Part shown: positions 1-9,552 of the stretch, in pieces | How positions within the stretch are numbered: position 1 is the stretch's first letter | Layout: the number at the start of each line of letters is the position of its first letter | DNA from: Candidatus Stammera capleta | GTDB lineage: Bacteria; Pseudomonadota; Gammaproteobacteria; Enterobacterales; Enterobacteriaceae | Length of the DNA: 64,000 nucleotides | Reading direction: 5' to 3' | Assembly: GCA_036689315.1 (NCBI GenBank) | Contig: CP144790.1 | Coordinates: 169,632 to 233,631 of the forward strand | Made by a program: the position numbers and the translations under genes | The notes under the pieces: generated by a model | Seen by the model: only the letters and a program-made list of their open reading frames with translations | What the model was told of the DNA's origin: nothing | Databases searched by the model: none

Positions 1-9
1 TTTAATTTT

Positions 10-342
10 ATGAATTTAAAAAAAAAAAGATTATTTTTAAAAAAAAAAATGAAATTAAAAAAATCAAATTTTTTTAATTTTAATATTAAAAAAAATAATA
101 AAATTTTATGTTTAAAAATTAAATATAATAATTTATTATTTCCTAGAATAGGAATAATAATTAAAAAAAAATATATAAAATTATCTTTTTTAAGAAATAA
201 AATTAAAAGAATAATTTATGAACTATTTAGAATAAATCAATATAAAATAAAAAAATTAGATTTTTTATTCATAATAAAAAAAAATTTTATATTTATAAAA
301 AAAAAAAAAATAATTAAAATAATAAAAAATTTTTTTAAATAA
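10..342 (+). CDS. rnpA: Ribonuclease P protein component
   Basis: 110-aa basic ORF with an RnpA-like core (FPRIGIIIKKKYIKLSFLRNKIKRIIYELFR...LDFLFIIKK). It sits directly upstream of yidC-mnmE, as in Enterobacterales. Confidence 0.75.
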   Translation: MNLKKKRLFLKKKMKLKKSNFFNFNIKKNNKILCLKIKYNNLLFPRIGIIIKKKYIKLSFLRNKIKRIIYELFRINQYKIKKLDFLFIIKKNFIFIKKKKIIKIIKNFFK

Positions 343-425
343 TTAATAATAATATAAATTATATATTACAAAAATTAATATTTATAATTAATAAAAAATA
401 ATTAAAATATAAAATAATTTTAAAA

Positions 426-1835
426 ATGTTAAAAATAATAAAAATAAAAAATATATTTATATTAATTATTTTTTTTTTATTTCAAATAAAAATTTTATAT
501 TATTATAATATATGTAATAGTATTATAAATAAAAAAAAAAATTTATTTATTTACTTAAATAAAAAAAAAATAAATTTTATAAATATAAAAAATAAACATT
601 TATTTATAATAATAGATAAAAAAAAAAATAATATAAAACAAATAAATTTATTACTATATAAAAATAATATAAATGATACAAAATTATTAGAAACAAAAAA
701 AAATAAAATAAATAATTTATATAATTATTTATTAAAAAAAAATATAAATAAATATTTTTTTTTATTAAAAGAAAAAAATAAACCACATTATATTTATTTA
801 TTTAAATATAAAAATAAAAATATAATTTCATATGTATATATATACAAAAAACTAAAATATATTATAAATATAATTATAAAAAAAAATAAATATTTATTTA
901 ATATTGATTTAATATTAATAAACAAATCAAAAAAAAAATTTAAAATTTTAATTTCAAATAATATAACACAATCAATAAAAAAAAAATATAAAAATGAAAT
1001 AAAAAATAATAATATATATTATAATATAAAAAAAAATATATTAAAAAAAAATAATATAAAATATTTTAAAAAAAAAAATACCAAAATATATAAAATAAAT
1101 GGATTTATTGCAAAACAAAATAAAAATTTTATTAATTTTATATATTTTATAAATAATAAATATAAAAAAAAATTAGAAAATATTATAAAAAAAAATAATA
1201 ATAAATTTGAAATTTTTAATATAATAAAAGAAATTGAAATATTACCAAATAAATATAATTTTATTAAAAATAATATATGAATAGGACCTAATTTAAAAAA
1301 TAATAATTTTATAAAAAAAAATTTTAATACAAATATATATAATAACAATAATTATATATGGTTTATATATAAACCTATTTTTAATTTACTTAATATAATA
1401 AATATTATTTTTAATAATTGGGGTATTTCTATAATATTTTTAAATATTATTTTAAAAATTATTTTTTATTTAATAAATAAAAAATTATTTAATTTTTTTT
1501 TAATAAAAAAAAAACAAATAAATAATTTTTTATTATTATTTATTAAAATACCAATATTTATATCTATATATAATATATTATCTAATTCAATTGAAATTAA
1601 AAATTCATCTTTTTTATGGATAAAAGATTTATCATCTTATGATAATTATTATATTTTACCTATTTTTATGTTTTTATCTAATATACTTATACAAAAATTA
1701 AAATATAATATTTTTTCAAATAAAAATAAAATAATTATTATTTTATTTAATATAATTTTTACCATTTTTTTTATATGGATTCCTAGTGGTCTTTCAATAC
1801 ATTATATATTTAATAATTTATTATCTATAATATAA
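426..1835 (+). CDS. yidC: Membrane protein insertase YidC
   Basis: ORF 426-1280 continues in the same frame through TGA 1278-1280 to TAA 1833-1835. The C-terminal half matches the YidC core: NNWGISIIF, KIPIFISIYNIL, FLWIKDLSSYDNYYILPI and FIWIPSGLSIHYIFNNLLSII, versus E. coli GNWGFSIII, QMPIFLALYYML, ALWIHDLSAQDPYYILPI and [21 protein letters not shown]. Confidence 0.85.
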
Positions 1836-1849
1836 ATAAAATAAATTAA

Positions 1850-3256
1850 ATGAACAAACAAAATGATACAATTTTAGCACAATCAACACCTATAGGAATG
1901 GGAGGAATTGGTGTTATCAGAATATCAGGAAATAAAGTTAAAAATATATCTAAAATAATATTAGGAAAAATTACAAAAGATAGAAAAGCTGAATATTTAC
2001 CTTTTAAAAATAAAAAAAAACAAATAATTGATTATGGTATAGCTTTATTATTTAAAAAACCTAATTCTTTTACTGGTGAAGATGTATTAGAATTACATAG
2101 TCATGGAGGACAAAAAGTAATAGAAATTATTATAAATAGTATTTTATCACTAAATTATAAAACAGTAAGAATAGCTAAACCCGGAGAATTTACAGAAAGA
2201 GCATTCATAAATAAAAAAATAGATTTAACACAAGCAGAAGCTATTAATGAAATTATAAAAGCAACATCAGAAATAGAAGTATTTTCAGCAATAAAATCTA
2301 TAGAAGGATTTTTTTCAAAAAAAATAAAAAAAATAATAAAAAAAATAAATAATTTAATAATTTATATAGAAAAAGAAATAAGTTTTATAGAAAAAAATAA
2401 TATAAAAAAAATAATAATATATATTAAAAAAAAAATAAAAAAAATATATATAAAAATTAAAATTTTTATTTTAGAAATAAAAAATAATTTAACAATAAAA
2501 GATGGTTTAAGAATAATTATTTTAGGAAAACCTAATGTTGGAAAATCTAGTTTAATAAATTTACTAACAAAAAAAAATATATCTATAATAACAGATATAC
2601 CTGGAACAACTAGAGATATAATAAAAGATTATATAAATATAAATAATATAAATATAGAAATATTAGATACAGCTGGAATACATAAAACAAAAAATAAAAT
2701 AGAAAAAATAGGAATAAGTAAAATTTGGTCTGAAATAAAAAAATCTAATATAATTATATTTATTGATGATGCAACTAAAAGTAATATAAAAAAAATAATT
2801 AAAAATTATAAAAATTTAATATCAAATAAAATAGAAACAAAAAATAAAAAAATAATTTTATTAAGAAATAAAATAGACATAACAAAAGAAAAAAAAAAAA
2901 AAATAAAAAAAAATAATTTTTTTATTTTTAATGTTTCAATAAAAAAAAATATAGGTATAGATTTAATTTTATTATTAATAAAAAAATATATAAAATGTAT
3001 AAATACAACAGAAAATACATTTTATGTAAGACAAAGACATTTAAATTTAATTAAAAAAACTTTTAATATAATAAAAAAAATAAAAAATATAATAAAAATT
3101 ATATATAAAAATAACGAATTTATAAATATAAATATAGATTTAATATTAAATGAATTAATATATTCCCAAAAAATATTAAATGAAATAATTGGTATAAATA
3201 CTAATAATGAAAATATATTATCTAAAATATTTAAAAATTTTTGTATAGGTAAATAA
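1850..3256 (+). CDS. mnmE: tRNA modification GTPase MnmE (TrmE)
   Basis: 468 aa. It has N-terminal GGIGVIRISG, G1 motif GKPNVGKSSLIN, DTAG, and the characteristic C-terminal FCIGK. Position is conserved after yidC. Confidence 0.92.
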   Translation: MNKQNDTILAQSTPIGMGGIGVIRISGNKVKNISKIILGKITKDRKAEYLPFKNKKKQIIDYGIALLFKKPNSFTGEDVLELHSHGGQKVIEIIINSILSLNYKTVRIAKPGEFTERAFINKKIDLTQAEAINEIIKATSEIEVFSAIKSIEGFFSKKIKKIIKKINNLIIYIEKEISFIEKNNIKKIIIYIKKKIKKIYIKIKIFILEIKNNLTIKDGLRIIILGKPNVGKSSLINLLTKKNISIITDIPGTTRDIIKDYININNINIEILDTAGIHKTKNKIEKIGISKIWSEIKKSNIIIFIDDATKSNIKKIIKNYKNLISNKIETKNKKIILLRNKIDITKEKKKKIKKNNFFIFNVSIKKNIGIDLILLLIKKYIKCINTTENTFYVRQRHLNLIKKTFNIIKKIKNIIKIIYKNNEFININIDLILNELIYSQKILNEIIGINTNNENILSKIFKNFCIGK

Positions 3257-3272
3257 ATAAAATTATTTAAAA

Positions 3273-4231
3273 ATGACAAATTTAATAAAAGATAATATTG
3301 TATATACAATTAATAAAAAATTAGAAAATAAAAGATCTGACTTAATAATAAAAAAAATAATTAAAAATTTATCTAGAAATAAAATAAAAAAAATAATTAA
3401 AAAAAAATTAGTTTTTTTAAATAATAAAATTTTAAAAAAACCTAGTAAAAAATTAAAAAAAAATGATATATTATATATATTAATAAAAATAAAAAAAAAA
3501 AAAAATATATACCACAAAAAATTCCATTAAATATAGTTTTTGAAGATAAATATATATTAATAATAAATAAAAAATCAAATATAATAGTTCATCCTGGTTC
3601 TGGAAATAAAGATAAAACAATATTAAATTCAATATTATTCTATTATCCAAATATAAATAAAAAAATTCCTAGATGTGGAATTATACATAGATTAGATAAA
3701 AATACTACAGGTCTAATTATTATTGCTAAAAAACTAAATATATATAATTATTTAATAAATTTATTAAAAAAAAGAAAAATAAAAAGAAATTACATAACAT
3801 TAGTATTTGGAAAAATATTTAAAAAAGGAAAAATTAAAAATTTAATATCAAGAGATAAAAAAAAAAGAATAAAAATGACTGTAAGCAAAAAAGGAAAAAA
3901 AGCTATTACTTATTTTAATGTAATAGAAAATTTTAAATTTTGTACATTATTAAATGTACAATTAAAAACAGGAAGAACACACCAAATTAGAGTTCATATG
4001 AACTTTATAAAACATCCTATTATAGGTGAAAAAATATATATAAATAAAAATATAAAAAAATTAGATATTCCTTTTAAATTATTAAATAAATTTAAAAATT
4101 TTAAAAGACAAGCTTTACATGCATATAAATTAAAATTTATACATCCAATATATAAAAATATAATTGAAATAAATTGTCCAATACCAAAAGATATGTTAAA
4201 TTTAATTTTTTATTTAAGAAATAATAATTAA
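3273..4231 (+). CDS. rluD: 23S rRNA pseudouridine synthase RluD-like (S4 domain plus RluA-family catalytic domain), frame broken in an A15 tract
   Basis: The 5' ORF 3273-3530 encodes the S4-like domain. The catalytic part (IPLNIVFEDKYILIINKKSNIIVHPGSG, HRLDKNTTGLIIIAK, TGRTHQIRVH) is open from about 3512 to 4231 in the frame offset by 2. The switch lies in A15 at 3491-3505. Confidence 0.75.
3491..3505 (+). repeat. A15 homopolymer at the rluD frame break (needs +1 or -2 nt to restore frame)
   Basis: Counted directly. Upstream frame codons start at 3273+3k; downstream codons start at 3512+3k. Confidence 0.9.
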
Positions 4232-4644
4232 TTATTTAACCAACTTTCAAGAATAAAAACAGCAGAAAGAGAATGTATATTTATTTTAGGATATAAAGAA
4301 AAATAAATTTTATATTTTTCTTTTAAATTTAATCTTGAAATAAAAGAAGTAAATCTTTCATCATAAAAAAATATTTTTATATTAAATTTATTTTTTAATT
4401 CAATAGAAAATTTTATTATATTTTTACATAAAAAACAATATTTTTTTTTTTTTACAAAAAAAGGATAACCTATAACAACTTTATTTATTAACCATATATT
4501 AATTATTTTTTTTATATCATTTCAATTAACAGGAATACCTTTTTTTGCATTTAAACAAATTAAAGGATTTGCTGTTTTAGTTAATTTTTGTCCTATAGCA
4601 ATTCCTATTTTTTTCATACCAAAATCAAAAGATAAAATAAACAT
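4228..4644 (-). CDS. ruvX: Putative pre-16S rRNA nuclease / Holliday-junction resolvase-like YqgF (RuvX)
   Basis: Not in the ORF track because it is split by TGA (codon 41, 4522-4524). Translation MFILSFDFGMKKIGIAIGQKLTKTANPLICLNAKKGIPVNWNDI...FFYDERFTSFISR...HSLSAVFILESWLNN matches E. coli YqgF (LAFDFGTKSIGVAVGQ...TPDWNII...LHDERLSTVEAR...SASAVIILESYF). An A13 tract (4441-4453) is in frame. Confidence 0.8.
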
Positions 4645-4747
4645 AATATTTTTTATTTTATAAATAAAATATTATCAATTTAATATTTAAATTATATAAT
4701 TATTATATAATATTTTTTTTTATAATAAAAATATAAATTATAATAAA

Positions 4748-5464
4748 ATGAAACAAATAAATAAAATTAATAATTGTTTTTTATATTGTAAAAATTGTAT
4801 GATAAATAAATTATGTATATCTTCATCATTAAATAAAAATGAATTAATAGAATTAAATAAAATAATAGAAAGAAATAAACCTATACAAAAAAATCATATA
4901 ATATTAAAAAAAGGAGATAAATTTAAATTTATTTATGCAATACGATCAGGAAGTATAAAAAATTATACAATAGATAAAAATGGTAAAGAACAAATAACTA
5001 ATTTTAGTCTTTCAGGAGATATAATTGGTTTTGAAGCTATATATAAAAATGAACATTCTATATATTCTAAATCATTAGAAACATCAATGATATGTAAAAT
5101 ACAATTCAATAATTTAAATCATTTAATAAACAAAATACCAAAAATAAAAAGAAAATTAATAAAATTAATGAGTTATAAAATATATAATAATAATAATATT
5201 ATTATATTATTAAAAAAAAAAGCAGAACAAAAATTATCTACATTTATATATTATTTATCAATACAATTTAATAAAAGAGGATTTTCAAAAAAAGAATTTA
5301 GACTAACAATGACAAGAAAAGATATTGGTAACTATTTAGGTTTAACTGTAGAAACAATAAGTAGATTATTAAGAAAATTACAAAAAAAAAATATTATTTT
5401 AATAAAAGGAAAATACATTATTATTAATAATGAAAATAAATTATATAATTTAACAAATAAATAA
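4748..5464 (+). CDS. fnr: Oxygen-sensing transcriptional regulator FNR (CRP/FNR family)
   Basis: 238 aa, collinear with E. coli FNR. The N-terminal Cys cluster (NNCFLYCKNCMINKLC) plus ETSMICKI correspond to C16/C20/C23/C29/C122. The recognition helix is nearly identical (DIGNYLGLTVETISRLL). Confidence 0.9.
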   Translation: MKQINKINNCFLYCKNCMINKLCISSSLNKNELIELNKIIERNKPIQKNHIILKKGDKFKFIYAIRSGSIKNYTIDKNGKEQITNFSLSGDIIGFEAIYKNEHSIYSKSLETSMICKIQFNNLNHLINKIPKIKRKLIKLMSYKIYNNNNIIILLKKKAEQKLSTFIYYLSIQFNKRGFSKKEFRLTMTRKDIGNYLGLTVETISRLLRKLQKKNIILIKGKYIIINNENKLYNLTNK

Positions 5465-5475
5465 TTTATTATATA

Positions 5476-6879
5476 TTAAATAAATTTTTTTATTTTTAAT
5501 AAATTATATTTAGCATCACCTAAAAATAATCCAATATTTTTTTTATAAAAAATAGAATTATTAATCTTAGAATATCCTGAACCTACAATATTTCTTTTAA
5601 AAATAATAACATATTTAGATTCCCAAACTTTTACTACAGACATACCATATAACGGTGAATTTTTATTTTCAATAGCATCAGGATTAATAATATCATTTGC
5701 TCCTATAACTAAAACTAAATCTGTATTTTTAAAATCATTTTTTAATTTTTCTGCAGAAAAAATATATTTATATGGAATTTTAACTTCAGATAAAAGTACA
5801 TTCATATGTCCAGGTAATCTACCAGAAACAGGATGTATAGCAAATTTTATATCTTTTTTATATTTATTTAATAAACAAAAAAATATATCTGAAATAACAT
5901 ATTGAGATTTAGATACAGCCATTCCATATCCTGGAACAATAATAATTGATTTTGATGAAATAATATATTTTATAATATCATTTTTTTTTAAAATATTATA
6001 AATAAATTTTTTATTAAAATTTTTATTTATATTTTTATTTTCTTTTTTATCATATATAAAAATACTAAATATTATTTCAAAAATTGAAGAATTTATTTCA
6101 TTACACATTTTATATGATAACATTAATCCAGAAGAACCAATTAAAGAACCAACAAAAATTAAAATATTATTATTTAATATAAAACCAGAAATAGATGCAG
6201 ACCAACCAGAATAAGAATTTAATATAGAAAGTCCTATTGGTACATTTGAAGGTTTTATTTTTAATATAAAAATTAAACCAATAATAAAACTAGAAAAAAA
6301 TGCTAAAAAATATAACAATAAAGAATATAAAAATATTTTTATTTTTATAAAAAATAAAAATAAAAATATTAAAAAAATAATATTTATTATAAATATATTT
6401 TTATTTAATAAAAAATATAAAAAATATAATAATCTACTATTATTTAATATTAAAAAAGATAATAATGAACCAGAAAATGTAATTGATCCTATAATATTGC
6501 TTAAAAATATTTCTAATAAATAAATTTTATTATTAAATAATTTATTTTCATACAAATAAATAACATTATTAAAACTAATTAAAACAGTAGAAAAACCAAC
6601 AAAACTATGTAAAATAGTAATTAATTCTGGAATATTTATTATATTTATTTTTTTTACATAAATAATACTAATATAACCACTAATAATAATTATTATTAAA
6701 GATAAAAAAAATAATATATTTAAATTAAAAAAAAATATTTTAGAAAAAATAGAAATAAATATTCCTAATATACCTAAAAAATTTCCTTTTATAGCTTTAT
6801 TTTTATTTGAAAAAAAAAGTAAACAAAAAATAAAAGATAATATTGAAATAAAATCATATATAAAAAAAATATTATTCAT
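5476..6879 (-). CDS. pntB: NAD(P) transhydrogenase subunit beta
   Basis: 467 aa polytopic membrane N-terminus plus C-terminal dIII motifs (VPGYGMAVSKSQY, FAIHPVSGRLPGHMNVLLSEVKIPY). It lies downstream of pntA. Confidence 0.92.
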   Translation of the reverse strand: MNNIFFIYDFISILSFIFCLLFFSNKNKAIKGNFLGILGIFISIFSKIFFFNLNILFFLSLIIIIISGYISIIYVKKINIINIPELITILHSFVGFSTVLISFNNVIYLYENKLFNNKIYLLEIFLSNIIGSITFSGSLLSFLILNNSRLLYFLYFLLNKNIFIINIIFLIFLFLFFIKIKIFLYSLLLYFLAFFSSFIIGLIFILKIKPSNVPIGLSILNSYSGWSASISGFILNNNILIFVGSLIGSSGLMLSYKMCNEINSSIFEIIFSIFIYDKKENKNINKNFNKKFIYNILKKNDIIKYIISSKSIIIVPGYGMAVSKSQYVISDIFFCLLNKYKKDIKFAIHPVSGRLPGHMNVLLSEVKIPYKYIFSAEKLKNDFKNTDLVLVIGANDIINPDAIENKNSPLYGMSVVKVWESKYVIIFKRNIVGSGYSKINNSIFYKKNIGLFLGDAKYNLLKIKKFI

Positions 6880-6897
6880 ATTATTATAAAAAAAATA

Positions 6898-8364
6898 TTA
6901 TTTATTTTTATCAAACATATTTAAAATTTTTAAAGTTATATAAAATCCAGAAAATATATTTATATTTATTAAAAATAAAGAAAAAGTTGCTATTAAATTA
7001 ATAAAAAAATTATTTTTTATATTTATTTGTGATAAACAACCTATAGATATTATTCCTGAAAGTGCATTAGTTATAGATATAAGTGGAGTATGTAAAAAAC
7101 CATCTATTTTTTGTGTAATAAAAAAACCTAAAATACAAGAATATAAAAAAAATATAATATTAAAAAAACGTTTATTATTAAATTTTAATATAAAAAATAA
7201 TATAAAAAAAGAAAAAAATATTAATTTATTATTTAAAAATATATTAACATTATCTTTTTCTAATATAAATTTTTTATATATTTTTTTTTCTATAAATAAT
7301 TTTTTTTTTTTTAAATTAAATCCATTAAATAAAAAAATTATATTTTTTAATACTTCATCTTTAAAATTAAAAATAAATTTTTTTTTTTTTAAATCAAAAA
7401 TAAAACAAATAAAATTAATTAAATTATTTCCATATAATTTTGATGTTACAGATGGCATTAAATTAGAAAAATCATAATAACTTATTATTTTAATTTTATT
7501 TTTATAAAATATTTTTTTATTATTAACACTTAATGTACAATTACCACCATTTCTAATAACTAAATCAATAATAATACTATTTTTTTTCATACATTTTATT
7601 ATTTTTTCAGTTATTATTTTAGGAGCTATATTTTTTTTATTAACAGCTGAACATATAATTACTTTATATGATGATATATTTTTATACAAATAATCATCTA
7701 TATTTTTATATAAATTATTTAATTTTATAAAATTAGAACCTGTACTTTCAATATATTCTTTTATTTCTTTTCTTGGATCATATACAAATACATTAGCTCC
7801 TAATAAACGACATAAATTTATAGCAGATAATCCAGATACACCAGCTCCTATAATTAAAACTTTAATAGGATTTATATTTCCTGATGCTGTTATTTGTCCT
7901 GAAAAAAATTCTCTAATTTCATAAATTGCTTCAATAACAGATCTATATCCAGATATATTTGAAATTGTACTTAAAACATCAAAAAATTGAATTCTAGAAA
8001 GACGTGGTAATTTTTCTAAAAAAATTAAAGTAATTTTTTTTTTTTTTAATTCTTTAATATATTTTTTATAATTTTTATTTACATATAAACAAACTAATAT
8101 AACATTATTATTTAATAATTTTATTTCTTCATAATTAAAAAAATTATACCTAAAAATAATATCACTTTTAAATACTTCTTTTTTATTTTTTATAATAGCT
8201 CCATTACATAAATAATTTTCATCATCAAATCCAGAAAAAATTCCTGCATTTTTTTCTACAAAAACAGTAAAACCTAATTTTTTTAATTTATAAACATGTT
8301 CTGGAATTAAACAAACTCTTTTTTCATCTAAAATATTTTCTTTTGTAATACCAATTGTAACCAT
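6898..8364 (-). CDS. pntA: NAD(P) transhydrogenase subunit alpha
   Basis: 488 aa. N-terminus MVTIGITKENILDEKRVCLIPEHVYKLKKLGFTVFVEKNAG matches E. coli PntA (MRIGIPRERLTNETRVAATPKTVEQLLKLGFTVAVESGAG). It has a Rossmann motif GAGVSGLSA and C-terminal TM helices. Confidence 0.92.
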   Translation of the reverse strand: MVTIGITKENILDEKRVCLIPEHVYKLKKLGFTVFVEKNAGIFSGFDDENYLCNGAIIKNKKEVFKSDIIFRYNFFNYEEIKLLNNNVILVCLYVNKNYKKYIKELKKKKITLIFLEKLPRLSRIQFFDVLSTISNISGYRSVIEAIYEIREFFSGQITASGNINPIKVLIIGAGVSGLSAINLCRLLGANVFVYDPRKEIKEYIESTGSNFIKLNNLYKNIDDYLYKNISSYKVIICSAVNKKNIAPKIITEKIIKCMKKNSIIIDLVIRNGGNCTLSVNNKKIFYKNKIKIISYYDFSNLMPSVTSKLYGNNLINFICFIFDLKKKKFIFNFKDEVLKNIIFLFNGFNLKKKKLFIEKKIYKKFILEKDNVNIFLNNKLIFFSFFILFFILKFNNKRFFNIIFFLYSCILGFFITQKIDGFLHTPLISITNALSGIISIGCLSQINIKNNFFINLIATFSLFLININIFSGFYITLKILNMFDKNK

Positions 8365-8537
8365 AAATACCTTAATTATAAAAAATTAAAAAAATTTTAT
8401 TTATATAATGAAAAAATATATAAATAAATATATACTATCATAAAAAATAAAAATTATTTATATAATATTATTTATTTAAAAATATTAAAATAATATTAAT
8501 ATTTTTAATATAAATTAAATTATTATTAAGGAAAAAA

Positions 8538-9533
8538 ATGGAAAAAATATTATTTTTTAGTTCACGAAAATATGATAAATTTTATTTTAATAAAATTAAT
8601 AAAAAATATAAATTTAAAATTCATTTTGTTATAGAAAAATTAAATAAAAAAAATGTTTTTTTAGCAAAAAATTATAATCATATATGTATTTTTGTAAATG
8701 ATAATGCATATGATCCATATATAATAAAATTATTAAAAAAATTTAATATAAAAACAATAGCTTTAAGATGTACTGGTATAAATAATGTAAACATAAAATT
8801 AGCTAAAAAATATAATATAAAAGTTATAAATGTTAAAGCATATTCACCTGAATCAATAGCTGAATATACAATAGGATTAATTTTAAATTTAAGTAGAAAA
8901 ATACATCATGCTTTTCAATATACAAGAAATAAAAATTTTATATTAGATGATTTTATTGGATTTAATATAAATAAAAAAACAATAGGAATTATTGGAACAG
9001 GACAAATAGGTAAATTAGTTATAAAAATTTTAAAAGGATTTAATGTAAATATAATTGCTTTTGATATAATAAAATCAAAAGAAATAGAAAATATTGGTGT
9101 TAAATATACATCTTTAAAAACATTATATGAAAATTCTGATATAATCAGTTTACATTGTCCTTATACAAAAAAAAATCATCATATGATTAATAAAAATATA
9201 ATTAAATTATTTAAAAAAAATATTATGTTAATAAATACAAGTAGAGGAGAATTATTAAATTCTATTGATGTAATAAATGGAATAAAAGAAAAAAAAATAG
9301 GATATCTAGGTTTAGATGTATATGAAAATGAAAAAGAATTTTTTTTTAAAAATAATTTTAATAAAATAATAAAAGATGATAATTTAAATATATTACTATC
9401 ATATAATAATGTGTTAATAACAAGTCATCAAGCATTTTTAACAAAAGAAGCATTATTAAATATAGCAAAAATAACTTTAAAAAATATAAAAAAAATTTCT
9501 ATAAATAAAGAATGTAAAGATTTAATTTATTAA
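8538..9533 (+). CDS. ldhA: D-lactate dehydrogenase (D-2-hydroxyacid dehydrogenase family)
   Basis: 331 aa, collinear with E. coli LdhA from the first residues (SSRKYDKFYFNKINKKYKFKIHF; ICIFVNDNAYDPYIIKLLKKFNIKTIALRCTGINNV; GIIGTGQIGK). AAGGA lies 6 nt upstream of the ATG. Confidence 0.85.
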   Translation: MEKILFFSSRKYDKFYFNKINKKYKFKIHFVIEKLNKKNVFLAKNYNHICIFVNDNAYDPYIIKLLKKFNIKTIALRCTGINNVNIKLAKKYNIKVINVKAYSPESIAEYTIGLILNLSRKIHHAFQYTRNKNFILDDFIGFNINKKTIGIIGTGQIGKLVIKILKGFNVNIIAFDIIKSKEIENIGVKYTSLKTLYENSDIISLHCPYTKKNHHMINKNIIKLFKKNIMLINTSRGELLNSIDVINGIKEKKIGYLGLDVYENEKEFFFKNNFNKIIKDDNLNILLSYNNVLITSHQAFLTKEALLNIAKITLKNIKKISINKECKDLIY

Positions 9534-9552
9534 TTAATAAAGATATAAATAT

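Noticed and set aside
4665-4678. Possible FNR box upstream of fnr (TAAAA-TATT-ATCAA).
   Set aside because: Only the ATCAA half-site matches the TTGAT-N4-ATCAA consensus. The other half matches 2 of 5 positions.
8478-8506. An 11-bp inverted repeat AAAAATATTAA-N7-TTAATATTTTT in the pntA/ldhA divergent intergenic region, considered as a possible operator.
   Set aside because: It is pure A/T and short. Palindromes of this kind are expected by chance at this base composition, and it resembles no known regulator box.
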